A stretch of 64,000 bases of DNA from Lepidodermella squamata (GCA_047495785.1 JBLDXI010000018.1:310001-374000), one strand, 5' to 3'; positions 11,429-21,153 are shown, counted from the stretch's first letter. Numbers and translations are program-made. The notes: generated from the sequence alone by a model not told the origin.

Positions 11429-12275
11429 TTTCTGATTGAGTGTAGACTTGCTTTTTAAGAGAAAACTTGAAAGCTGATGATAACCCCCCAATTTCGCCGC
11501 CGTTATATACCCTCAAATAAGCGTAGGAAAAGCATTGCCCTCAAGAACAAGTTTTGACAGCTGTCTGTTGGCGTGATGCCATCAACATCTTGAAAGTCAT
11601 AAACCATCAGAAGACCGTGAAACCGGCGTGATCCGGCGAAACTTCGGACCTCAATGTGTAACCAGATGGTAGAATTCGGTGCTTCACCACATAAAAAAAA
11701 GGGTGGAATCACGCTCGATCTGAATTTTTTCTATTTATCCACCTGCTGGACTTTAAACTACTGTCACAGGGGTCTCTTAGTTCCTAACTTGCCCAAGCAT
11801 TTGCGGTGTGAGTGCAAACTCTGCATCACAACTGAATTTTTATCGCTGAAAGCTAAAGAGAAATGCTTGCGAAAATCTGAGTATATGAGCTGTTTGCTGA
11901 AAATGACTATGCAGGTGTTCGGCTTTTCAGAATCCGTCCGCGGCGATCAGAACTGAAAGCATTTCTGTCCTGAGGCATGAGGGCCTATCATCTACATATT
12001 TCATTTCCCCTTTTTACCTGAAAAAAACTGAAGCAAAGTGACTGGTTAATTAGCAAAATTACGCAGCAGGCAAAACTACGGAGTACTTGCGAGGCGTGCG
12101 TGATGCCGATGTCGCAACGCATTATTGGGAAATTCACCACACGTATCACATTTCTCAGCCCACATCAGCCCCCATCTCTTCTGCAAGAAGTTGTGCATCC
12201 AACCCTGTTGTTATGACATTCTTACCTTTACTCAACTGGAAAATATTCCATACTGAATTCGGCATTTTACTCAAG

Positions 12276-14576
12276 ATGAAAGCAGCAACTCTCTTCCAGC
12301 TGGCATTGTTATTGAACCTGGTGATAATTGTCTCAGCTGGAAAACCTCAGATTTTAGAAATGTTGTTTCTCACATCAGGCAATATCACAACATGCACGGC
12401 TGCCATGAAACTGGTTGTCGATACTGTCAACAACCGAAGCGACATTCTACCGAATTACGCCATCAAGCTGACGATTGCCACTGAAGGACCTGCTGCTTTC
12501 TTTTCCCCTCGAGAAATTATCAAGTTCCTAGACAATTCCGCTCGCGATAGGTCGTTGCTAGCCCCGATAATCATCGGACCTTCAGTGAGGTGCCAATCCG
12601 TTGCAGATATCCTCAAGGCTCATGACTTGGTTCAGCTAAGCGCAGGCTGCGCCGCAAAACCTCTCGTCGACCGGAAACGTTTCCCAAATTTATACAGGCA
12701 GTTCATACCAGCTGAGTCGGTGAATTACGCTCGAATAATTTTCGCCCAAAAAATTGGTGGTTGGAGACAAATTGCCCTGTTAACAACGGCTGATAACTCA
12801 AATACAAATGCTGTCTTACGAGCGCAGTATGAACTCAGTTTAGCCAATGGAATCGAGGTTGTATGGTTCGGGAGTGTTCCCGATATTGACGACGAGGCCA
12901 TTGATTCACTGAAGAAAAGTGACGCGCGCGTTATCATCATCGAAATGACGGACATTTCGCTCATTCTTAAATTTCTCTGCTTGTCGTATTTCAGTGGCAT
13001 AACAGGCTCGCGATATGTTTTCATTTTGCTATCGCAAATCTTTGTGAGTCCGTATTCTGCTGCCTTCAACGGGGTTCTACCGTCAAAATGTTCGAGGGCC
13101 GTGATTATCGAGCAGTATAAAGTAACATTTTGGACCGGGCCTGCTCTCAGCGCCCTTGAAGACAACGGCATCGCGTCGCTAGGCTTTGGTATTTCAGAAA
13201 TCGATCGCTACATCGACTCAGCTTTCAATAATACGAAACTGCCTGATTACGAGACTCGACACGTATGTTACGATACAGCTTTAGAGGCGGTTTTAACCCT
13301 AGACAAAGCCGATAGAATTCTTTCAGAGCGCGACAATCTAAGCCTCAACTCGAGGCAAGACCATTCAAAAACAGTTTTAGGAGTTATGACGGCTGCTTTG
13401 AAGGATATAAATTTCATTGGACTTCGCACAGGGCGAATGGCATATTCAGAAAGGCTTGAATTTGATTACGAGCCTATGTACTTGACACAGTGGAATGACA
13501 CCGCAAGATCAATCATTCCCATTGCGAAGGTTCAATTCACTAGTCGAAACTTGAGTCGATTGAGTGACCTGTCTCTTTACAACCTGACGATTCTAAATAT
13601 TCCTTCATGGACAACGAAATCAAATTTGCCCCCTAAAGACTTGTCTCGAATCTTGACCATAATCAACAGATTTCCCAGTGAGACTTTGGTACCGATTTTC
13701 TCTTCACTGGCGATTATAGCTACTATAATACCCCTGATTTTAGCGGCTCAGGATTGGAGCAAAATCTCAGAGACAATAAAAAAGGAGGCATTGTTTATTG
13801 CCGGCCTGGCATGTCTCAATATTTCTGCTCCATTATCCATTACAGAGCCGGAACTTGTTAGTTGCTATGCACTTCAAATTCTGGCGGTAACAGGGTTGTC
13901 CCTAACACATAGCGTACTATTTACTGATCAAATTGAATTGCTGAAATTAGCCAAGAAAGTTAAACTGCCTCGCAAGTCCTCTGCCATCACGCATTTCACG
14001 CAAGCAAGACTGGTACCGATGAAATCTTCTGCTTCTGCTTTCTCCGCGGTCATGATGTCAGTTGGTTCGCCTTTTGTTCCAAAATTGACCAAGAAAGAAA
14101 TCGCTATGATAGCGACATTCCTCGTCCTTAATTTGTTGGCACTAATTCTCAGATTCGCAGTTTTCGATAGTCTATCCATAACTGAGCAAAAAGAGCCAGT
14201 CCGTTACGATGAGCTTCTCGACAGCTATTTCGTGATTGTCACGTTTAGTTGCGGATCTTCGCAACAGTCGAATTGGCTGGGTGCTATTTCTCTAGCCCAC
14301 GCCATCGTCTTGGCGATTTGTGTCAGCTTGGCGTTCCAAAGCAGACACGTTCAAGTTTCAGATGAATCCCGCAATCGATTCATTTTCTTGAGGCTGGCAA
14401 TGCAAAACGCTGCAGTTCTATTTATCGCCTCCCTAGCTATCTTGTTTCTGCTGCAACAGACCGGCGCATACGTTCAATCGCTAACATACGCCATCGTTAG
14501 CATAGTTTATTCACTGAGCACAGGCGTGTTATACTTCGCTGGGAAATTCAAGACGAGGAGTGTTGAAGTTTATTAA
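12276..14576 (+). CDS. Divergent class C GPCR, GABA-B-receptor-like (copy 2), intronless
   Basis: Signal peptide MKAATLFQLALLLNLVIIVSAG. VFT-like domain (VDTVNNRSDILPNYAI, APIIIG, RKRFPNLYR, GWRQIA, LKKSDARVII, CYD), WTTKSNLPPKD linker, seven hydrophobic segments and a very short C-tail. Confidence 0.85.
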   Translation: MKAATLFQLALLLNLVIIVSAGKPQILEMLFLTSGNITTCTAAMKLVVDTVNNRSDILPNYAIKLTIATEGPAAFFSPREIIKFLDNSARDRSLLAPIIIGPSVRCQSVADILKAHDLVQLSAGCAAKPLVDRKRFPNLYRQFIPAESVNYARIIFAQKIGGWRQIALLTTADNSNTNAVLRAQYELSLANGIEVVWFGSVPDIDDEAIDSLKKSDARVIIIEMTDISLILKFLCLSYFSGITGSRYVFILLSQIFVSPYSAAFNGVLPSKCSRAVIIEQYKVTFWTGPALSALEDNGIASLGFGISEIDRYIDSAFNNTKLPDYETRHVCYDTALEAVLTLDKADRILSERDNLSLNSRQDHSKTVLGVMTAALKDINFIGLRTGRMAYSERLEFDYEPMYLTQWNDTARSIIPIAKVQFTSRNLSRLSDLSLYNLTILNIPSWTTKSNLPPKDLSRILTIINRFPSETLVPIFSSLAIIATIIPLILAAQDWSKISETIKKEALFIAGLACLNISAPLSITEPELVSCYALQILAVTGLSLTHSVLFTDQIELLKLAKKVKLPRKSSAITHFTQARLVPMKSSASAFSAVMMSVGSPFVPKLTKKEIAMIATFLVLNLLALILRFAVFDSLSITEQKEPVRYDELLDSYFVIVTFSCGSSQQSNWLGAISLAHAIVLAICVSLAFQSRHVQVSDESRNRFIFLRLAMQNAAVLFIASLAILFLLQQTGAYVQSLTYAIVSIVYSLSTGVLYFAGKFKTRSVEVY

Positions 14577-15096
14577 CATATTTGAACCACTTTTCTTTCA
14601 GGCTATAAAATACGTTATGAAAAATTGAACTGTAAAAAAGTGTTCTCCATCGCCGCGAATAAAAATAAGAGCACGAGAGCGCGGTTCTGTACTCATCTAA
14701 TGGGAAAAGCTGCAGAGTAAACAGTGCATTCTTCATTTACCCAGCTGATGACTTATTAACAGGGCAGCCCACACTAAAGCATCGCCGCAAGTTTGCTAAC
14801 AACAAGGCCAATAATTTCAGGTTTTTTGGCGATGCGAAAGTTGTAACATTGCGAAATTACAATTAGCCATAATGGGTATTTTTCGCGACTCTGGGTCATG
14901 TTTTTAGTTGATTACTCTCTCAGAAAACATCAAATTTATTTAAGTGAGTTGATGGTACTGCTCAGACTTCAGCCTCTGAAATCAATCAAGGCAATATTAA
15001 CTGGCAGGGGGGATGGTAAGATATCCTCACAATTTTCAGTCCCTGGGTTGAGACATCAAATTTCTTTTTAATAATCAACGGAATACTTCAGAGAAG

Positions 15097-17463
15097 ATGG
15101 ACAAGATTCTCCTCGTAGTCCTGAACTTGCTACTCTTCGATAGCTTTTTTTGCGCTAAGAGAAGTCTTGAAATCTTGGGTGTCTTGAACGGCAGAGCGTG
15201 CAACACAGCTGTCCAAGTCGCCATTGACGCTGTGAACCAAAGTCCTTATCTTTTACCCGATTTCAATATTTCTATCAACAAAATTCTGCCGGAATACAGT
15301 GTCAGAGCAACATATCGCGAGGAAGGTGCTCAGGCAATATTCGCCCCAAGACGCGTCGTTGAATTCATCGAAAACTATGCGGAAAGTAGGCCGCAAAATA
15401 GCAGTTTAATCGCACCTGTAATCATCGGAACTTGGTTCGCCTGCATCACATCGGCCAGGGCGATTCGAGCTTATAACATGGTCCAATTTTCACCAGGCTG
15501 CAATAGCGTGCCATTCACAGCTAACCGAAAAGACCTGCCCAACATGTGGCGATATCGAAACTCCGTCGATTTAATGGGCCTAGGAATAACCTATGCAGTC
15601 CACGCAATAGGAAAATGGAACCAAATGGCCATTGTTTACAACCAAGCTAATGCCGCAAATTTTCAGTTCGCCCTAGGGCTCCAGAAACTGGTCAACTCAG
15701 TTGGCATCGATGTCGTTTGGTTCAATAATGTCGCCGATGTTGATGATCAGGTGATTGAGTCGTTAAAAGCAAGTAGAGCTCGAATCATCGCGCACGGCTT
15801 CAGTGACCCACTCTTTTTCAGACTGCTATGCGTGGCCTATATGAATGGAGTTAGAGCCCCTCATTATGCTTTTGTCTTCATTGCCCCTGCAGTGTTCGAT
15901 CCTAATCTTATAGATGAATCAACTCTTGTAAAAGGATGTACGAGAAAAATGCTTGCAGAACAAGCCGTCATCTCCCTTTATGCTGGAACTTTCACGTTCA
16001 GCCTTCAAAACTATGGGCCGACAAGTTTGGGCTTTGACCTAACGAAATTTGAGGAGAAGTATGAAAAGCTGTCTTATGGGGTCAAATTTGCGGATCACAA
16101 TACACGTCATCCTTGCTTTGATGCAGCTCAAGCTGCGTTGCTTACTTTACACAGGGCCAACGAAATGTTGAAGGCGACTAAGAACTTGACCATCGAGGAT
16201 CATGCCAACCAGCCAGAGATTGTTATGCAGGCCATAAATTCTTCAGTGCCTTCGATGAATTTCACTGGTCTAATGGGGCATTATCGCTACTCCCCGAGGT
16301 TGGAATTCGACTATTTACCAATCCATGTCGCTCAAGTCGATCCTCGAGACATGTCGTTGAGAATTTTGTCTGAACTAACTTTTGCCGGTCAGAACATCGA
16401 CGATTTGTATAATCTGTCGCATTACAAGGTGGTAACGAAAGCCGAACCGCTTTGGTGGACGCGAAATGGCAAACCTGTCAATGATTTGTCAACTGTTGAT
16501 CATATCACTCTGACTTACCCTAATCAATTTACGATCCCTTTTGTTGCCATTTCACTGATTCTTGGCATTGTGCAGCTTTTTTGGTTCATATTGCGATATG
16601 CGAAACTTGGATCGATGGTCAGGCCAATTTCTCACCCTCTATCACCCGCGATTTTTGTTTCCGGATGCATGTTGCTAGATTCAAGTGTGGTTTTCTATGT
16701 GATAAACCCGGATAACTTGTCTGATGTGTGTTACCTGCGTCCATCTCTCAATATCATCGGAGTAGTTGCGTGTATTTCGTCGCTCATTTCTGAGAATTGG
16801 TCTATAAAGCAGAAAATCAAAATTCCCACAGAAATTCGTACCTCCCATGCTCGACTGACTCAACTTTCCGCAAGCAAATCTTTCCCGATTAGCGTTGGCA
16901 GTAACTACAAGATTCAGAGGACTAAGACAGTCGATCGCTTCCTTACCGGCCAAACTGTTGGTTGGAAACCAGCGTTATGTTCCGCTTTTGCCTCAATTGC
17001 AGCAATTTTCATGATGATAATCTGGATGACGACGTCACCTCCCGGAGTCGCAGTGCATTCAACAGGCGTTCAGTTTAGCGAGGCTGAAGATACTTACGTT
17101 GAAATCAGCTGGAAAGCTTGCGAACCCGACAAAGCCGATCCTTACTGGATCTCAGCAATTGCTGGCAGTTTGGCGGCGTGTTTTGTGCTGAATTTAGTCT
17201 TTGTTTATCAATCTTGGAGCCGCCAACTCAGGCCCAAGGTTATTCATCTGGAGGCTCGCGTTATTCAACTCACTTCAATTAATTGCGCTATGCTATTTGC
17301 ATTGGGCGCGGCTTGTTCAGCCTTGATTCAAGTTAGCAGTAGGGATAAGTTCGATGAGCTTCATAGCGGAGTAATGGCTGGATTCTTGTTGCTGCAATCT
17401 GCATCAGCTACACTAATCAGATTTTATCCGCATTCAACAGCAACTGTAGAAATAGAAATATGA
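15097..17463 (+). CDS. Divergent class C GPCR, GABA-B-receptor-like (copy 3), intronless
   Basis: Signal peptide, then AIDAVNQSPYLLPDFNI, APVIIG, RKDLPNMWR, GKWNQMAI, LKASRARII, CFD and a WWTRNGKPVND linker before 7 TM segments. Motifs are collinear with copy 2. Confidence 0.85.
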   Translation: MDKILLVVLNLLLFDSFFCAKRSLEILGVLNGRACNTAVQVAIDAVNQSPYLLPDFNISINKILPEYSVRATYREEGAQAIFAPRRVVEFIENYAESRPQNSSLIAPVIIGTWFACITSARAIRAYNMVQFSPGCNSVPFTANRKDLPNMWRYRNSVDLMGLGITYAVHAIGKWNQMAIVYNQANAANFQFALGLQKLVNSVGIDVVWFNNVADVDDQVIESLKASRARIIAHGFSDPLFFRLLCVAYMNGVRAPHYAFVFIAPAVFDPNLIDESTLVKGCTRKMLAEQAVISLYAGTFTFSLQNYGPTSLGFDLTKFEEKYEKLSYGVKFADHNTRHPCFDAAQAALLTLHRANEMLKATKNLTIEDHANQPEIVMQAINSSVPSMNFTGLMGHYRYSPRLEFDYLPIHVAQVDPRDMSLRILSELTFAGQNIDDLYNLSHYKVVTKAEPLWWTRNGKPVNDLSTVDHITLTYPNQFTIPFVAISLILGIVQLFWFILRYAKLGSMVRPISHPLSPAIFVSGCMLLDSSVVFYVINPDNLSDVCYLRPSLNIIGVVACISSLISENWSIKQKIKIPTEIRTSHARLTQLSASKSFPISVGSNYKIQRTKTVDRFLTGQTVGWKPALCSAFASIAAIFMMIIWMTTSPPGVAVHSTGVQFSEAEDTYVEISWKACEPDKADPYWISAIAGSLAACFVLNLVFVYQSWSRQLRPKVIHLEARVIQLTSINCAMLFALGAACSALIQVSSRDKFDELHSGVMAGFLLLQSASATLIRFYPHSTATVEIEI

Positions 17464-17777
17464 GATGGCATGTGCTTCCACACTGTTCCTAACGATGAAA
17501 TCATAGCATAGCAGGCTACGCAGAGTTTGTTCCAACTGGGCGGCTGCTGCAAAAATGCATTTTATAAACATTGTTCCGGTGTTTCGGCACAACTTTCATT
17601 TGACGGTAACTTGTCACCTCATTGTTCTCGTGTGCGTTTAATATTGTTAAAAATTTGCTCTTTGCGTTAAACATTTGGTGAAATAATTACCGCCAGGGTA
17701 GACACCGCCCCAGATTGCTTTGGAATTCAGGTCTATAAGTGAGAGAGAAAAAGCAGTTGCGGAAAAAAGGTATGCCG

Positions 17778-18357
17778 AGGCCCAGACGGGGATCGAACCC
17801 GTGACATTATAGGGCGACTTTGCAGTCACATGACTAAGGTCAAAGTCCGTCTATTTTTTTCTGGTCTTGGTCGCGCGGTCGCGCAGTCGTTGTGGTCGGG
17901 CGGTCGTGTAAAAAAATGCTCGCTTAAAAATGAGAGTAAAAAAACGATGCACCACCAGGAGTCGAACTAAGGATGTTGGAATAAAAAGCCATGTTTTTGA
18001 TCCACTACGCCACCAGCTGAAGAAATCGGCCGGGAAAATATTTACACCCATATTGTGGCCAATCGGATCCGCTGATAGAAAGTCTTAATTGCCACGAATT
18101 GGTGGCGTAGTGGATCAAAAACATGGCTTTTTATTCCAACATCCTTAGTTCGACTCCTGGTGGTGCATCGTTTTTTTACTCTCATTTTTAAGCGAGCATT
18201 TTTTTACACGACCGCCCGACCACAACGACTGCGCGACCGCGCGACCAAGACCAGAAAAAAATAGACGGACTTTGACCTTAGTCATGTGACTGCAAAGTCG
18301 CCCTATAATGGACCTTCTGTTTACAAGACAGATGCTCTACCACTAAGCTACTAAGCC
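17778..18357 (-). pseudogene. tRNA-Thr(TGT) gene interrupted by a MITE
   Basis: Segments 18357-18311 and 17804-17778 reconstitute the intact tRNA-Thr at 21005-21076 (1 substitution) once the 506-bp insert and the 2-bp duplication are removed. Confidence 0.9.
17805..18310. mobile_element. MITE, 506 bp, 211-bp TIRs, CA...TG ends, 2-bp TSD (GA)
   Basis: Arms 17805-18015 and 18100-18310 look like perfect inverted copies (CATTATAGGGCG...CGCCCTATAATG) around an 84-bp spacer. The empty site is seen in the paralogous tRNA at ~21048. Confidence 0.92.
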
Positions 18358-18433
18358 GGCTGATGAAAAGCGGCTACATTGAAACTCCTCAGGTCTATGG
18401 TCTATGGTTAGAACCCTGAAATCGAAAAAGTAT

Positions 18434-18505
18434 CGACCCAGATGGGACTCGAACCCACAATCTCCGGCTCCGGAGGCCGACGCCTTACCATTAGGCCACT
18501 GGGCC
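18434..18505 (-). tRNA. tRNA-Arg(CCG)
   Basis: Full cloverleaf identical to the copy at 20858-20929; anticodon loop CTCCGGA. Confidence 0.9.
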
Positions 18506-18582
18506 GCCTTCTGTCAACTTGGAATAATCGATTATCCATATAGGGAGGAGACAGATTCAGAGTCCTGAGCCGCTGAAAAAAT

Positions 18583-18654
18583 TGGAGATGCCGGGGTTTG
18601 AACCCGGGACATCTTACATGCAAAGCAAGCGCTCTACCATTGAGCTACATACCA
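18583..18654 (-). tRNA. tRNA-Ala(TGC), acceptor stem damaged (probable pseudogene)
   Basis: Anticodon loop TTTGCAT. The 5' end reads TGGTATG instead of GGGGATG, breaking two acceptor pairs. Confidence 0.7.
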
Positions 18655-18683
18655 GACAACAAAAGGCATCATAGCTTGAATAG

Positions 18684-18748
18684 AGGTTCCGGCGGGGTTC
18701 GAACCCGTGACCTTCTCCGTGTGAAGGAGACCACTACACTACGGAACC
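18684..18748 (-). pseudogene. tRNA-Val(CAC) pseudogene with 8-nt D-arm deletion
   Basis: Matches 20562-20634 but lacks TCATCACG from the D-arm. Confidence 0.85.
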
Positions 18749-19154
18749 TGTTAGCCTTAAAATTGAGCAGATTGGCAGATTGACTACATTGAACAAGAAA
18801 GAGAGCACAACTGTGGAATAATAGATCGGCGACATTGTCCGAGCTGAGTGTCTGTTATGCTATTGTCTGGGTTCTTAATTATTCTGCCTCAGCGAACCTG
18901 ACCAAGGTTCGGCTTCCAAACCAGTTTGCTTTTTTCGGTTCTTGGTTACCAGCTGTAGATTTCACGATGATTTGCTTCACCTGTATGCGGCTACCTGTGA
19001 CTCACAGTTTTAACCCCTGTGGTATTTCAGTCTTAAAATTGTAACGGCAAAAACCACCTACAGCTTCTCAAGTTCTCACTATGAATGGCATGAAACCTAC
19101 GTCACGTTAACACGTTGACTCACTTGTCAGGTACGACGGCCGTAACGCGAGGCG

Positions 19155-19190
19155 TATAAAAAGTGAACAAGCGCGCCGTTTCATTCATTC
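19155..19190 (+). promoter_or_regulatory. Core promoter (TATA + Inr) of the orphan membrane-protein gene
   Basis: TATAAAAAG at 19155 and TCATTC Inr-like motifs at 19181-19190, ~30 bp downstream. Upstream TGACTCA (18998, 19116) and TACGTCA (19098). Confidence 0.55.
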
Positions 19191-19255
19191 AGCCGCCAGC
19201 CAACAAGTCTTTTGTATACTATCAAGTAAATCTAATCTACATTCGCAATCTAATC

Positions 19256-19666
19256 ATGTCAGTCATCGGCAGCAACAACTACAGGGCGAAAAGCGCGTCC
19301 CAGAGCGACATCGTGTCGGCCATCTCGATGCCACAAGCAGCACCTGTTGTCGTGTACCAGCAACAGCAACAGCAAAAGGACAAAGGCTGCACGCGGAAAA
19401 AGTGTTTCATCGGCACGGCGCTGGGCGTGTTCTTCGGCCTGCTCGTGCTCGGCACCATCATCTACGTGGTGATGGTGGTGGAGTCGCAGTGCTACCGCGG
19501 CTGCCAGCGCCTGTGCACCGACGACAACCACTGCACGGACACGTGCTGGAAGACGTGCTGGAAGGCGCAGTGGACCAAGTGCCCCGAGGACGGCGCCCGC
19601 GCCTGCTCCTACATCCTGTGGGACAAGGCCGTCATCAACATCGGCGGCCTCTTCGGCAAGAAGTAA
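19256..19666 (+). CDS. Orphan small type II membrane protein with Cys-rich (CX3CX3C x2) C-terminal domain, 136 aa
   Basis: Single TM FIGTALGVFFGLLVLGTIIYVVMVV preceded by basic residues and followed by 8 Cys. Strong GC3 codon bias, TATA upstream and AATAAA at ~19832. Confidence 0.75.
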   Translation: MSVIGSNNYRAKSASQSDIVSAISMPQAAPVVVYQQQQQQKDKGCTRKKCFIGTALGVFFGLLVLGTIIYVVMVVESQCYRGCQRLCTDDNHCTDTCWKTCWKAQWTKCPEDGARACSYILWDKAVINIGGLFGKK

Positions 19667-20273
19667 AGCCTCAGACGCGTCTCTTTATGGCTCCCAATTC
19701 AATGGTGTAATCTCTTCAAGAGCTGCTCACTAGCAAACCAAATTTCGAACAATTGTCTTTGAATATGTTTTTACACGACGCATCGTTACCACATCGATGC
19801 TTACTTTTAGTCAATTCAAATATTTTTTATAAATAAATACGAAATATTGCAAAAGGAAATGTTCTTTCAGTATCTTTGTTTGGGGAATTTTATATGAAGA
19901 TAGAGAAAAAAAGGATTTTGAGATCAAAATTATTCCCGATACAACTAGCGGAATCGGTTTCTTTCGAAAAAGATGAATGGCGCATGGTTGTCAACTCCAT
20001 TGAAAATTATGAATTCTACACGAAAAGCAGAATCCTCGACTGTGGGGGTGAGGATGGGTGAGGATCATTCTTCGCTTGCCTTCGCCCCCTCAAAACCGGA
20101 AACGGTACACGGCGCTCAGTCTCGAAGAGGCAAAATAATAATAACTATTATTATTATAAAGAAAATACTGAACGGCAGAGATAGGTGATGTTTTCGGTCA
20201 CAGTCGCATCAATCTTGCAGCACCAATCTTGCGAGTTGAATGCCCATACACTCACAGTGCAGACTTTCAGGCA

Positions 20274-20347
20274 GCCTCCTTGGCTCAGTTGGCTAGAGCG
20301 CCAGTCTCATAATCTGGAGGTCGTGAGTTCGATCCTCACAGGGGGCA
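20274..20347 (+). tRNA. tRNA-Met(CAT), elongator type
   Basis: GCCTCCT/AGGGGGC acceptor stem, anticodon loop CTCATAA with T31-T39, TTCGATC T-loop. Confidence 0.9.
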
Positions 20348-20429
20348 GCTTCAATCTTTTTCGATTGAACTCAGTATGTGAACAATAGACCGCCTCACGA
20401 AAGATTCGATAAACGTTGTACATAATATA

Positions 20430-20485
20430 GGCCATGTGCATGGATTAGGATCCTGCGCTTTCACCGCGGCGGCCCGGGATTGAGT
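20430..20485 (+). pseudogene. Degenerate tRNA-Glu(TTC) remnant
   Basis: GGATTAGGATCCTGCGCTTTCACCGCGGCGGCCCGGGATTGAG resembles the D-to-T arm region of eukaryotic tRNA-Glu; the acceptor stem and B box are lost. Confidence 0.5.
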
Positions 20486-20561
20486 TTTAGGGAAGTTTTG
20501 AAGTCTACAGTCAAAAGAATCAAAGTCTCCTAGCAAGAATGAAAACCCCTGAAAACAGCAG

Positions 20562-20634
20562 GGTTCCGTAGTGTAGTGGTCATCACGTCTCCTTCACACG
20601 GAGAAGGTCGCGGGTTCGAACCCCGCCGGAACCT
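20562..20634 (+). tRNA. tRNA-Val(CAC)
   Basis: GGTTCCG/CGGAACC acceptor stem, anticodon arm TCTCC-TTCACAC-GGAGA, GGTTCGAACCC B box. Confidence 0.88.
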
Positions 20635-20711
20635 CGACTCAAGCTATGTTTTTGGTCTGCTGATCTATCTAGATAAGCTATTCTAGAGATAGTTTGCTTT
20701 ATCTTGTACAT

Positions 20712-20783
20712 GGGGATGTAGCTCAATGGTAGAGCGCTTGCTTTGCATGTAAGATGTCCCGGGTTCAAACCCCGGAATCTCCA
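20712..20783 (+). tRNA. tRNA-Ala(TGC)
   Basis: GGGGATG 5' end with G3.U70, anticodon loop TTTGCAT and a downstream T-run. One acceptor mismatch (G7/A66). Confidence 0.82.
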
Positions 20784-20857
20784 ATTTTTTCAGTGGCTCA
20801 GGTCTCAGAATCTGTCACCTCCCATGGATAATCGATTATTCCAAGTTGACAGAAGGC

Positions 20858-20929
20858 GGCCCAGTGGCCTAATGGTAAGGCGTCGGCCTCCGGAGCCGGA
20901 GATTGTGGGTTCGAGTCCCATCTGGGTCG
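20858..20929 (+). tRNA. tRNA-Arg(CCG)
   Basis: GGCCCAG/CTGGGTC acceptor stem, anticodon loop CTCCGGA, T-run terminator downstream. Confidence 0.9.
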
Positions 20930-21004
20930 ATACATTTTTATATTCCACGGATATAGCCAAAGAACAGAGGAGTTTCAATGTAGCATTTCTTCATCAGTTC
21001 AACC

Positions 21005-21076
21005 GGCTCAGTAGCTTAGTGGTAGAGCATCTGTCTTGTAAACAGAAGGTCACGGGTTCGATCCCCGTCTGGGCCT
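21005..21076 (+). tRNA. tRNA-Thr(TGT)
   Basis: GGCTCAG/CTGGGCC acceptor stem, anticodon arm TCTGT-CTTGTAA-ACAGA, T-run terminator downstream. Confidence 0.9.
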
Positions 21077-21153
21077 CGGCATACTTTTTTCCAGACTTGG
21101 GCTTTTGAGCTTGACCTATCAAATCTCAAGGAATCACTTATCGGATAACCAAG

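Noticed and set aside
10600-11458. Three additional long ORFs overlapping the repeat protein (two on +, one on -)
   Set aside because: They are by-products of stop-free 18-bp repeats. Only the 11428-10649 frame has an ATG, a signal peptide, an upstream TATA and mostly synonymous repeat variation.
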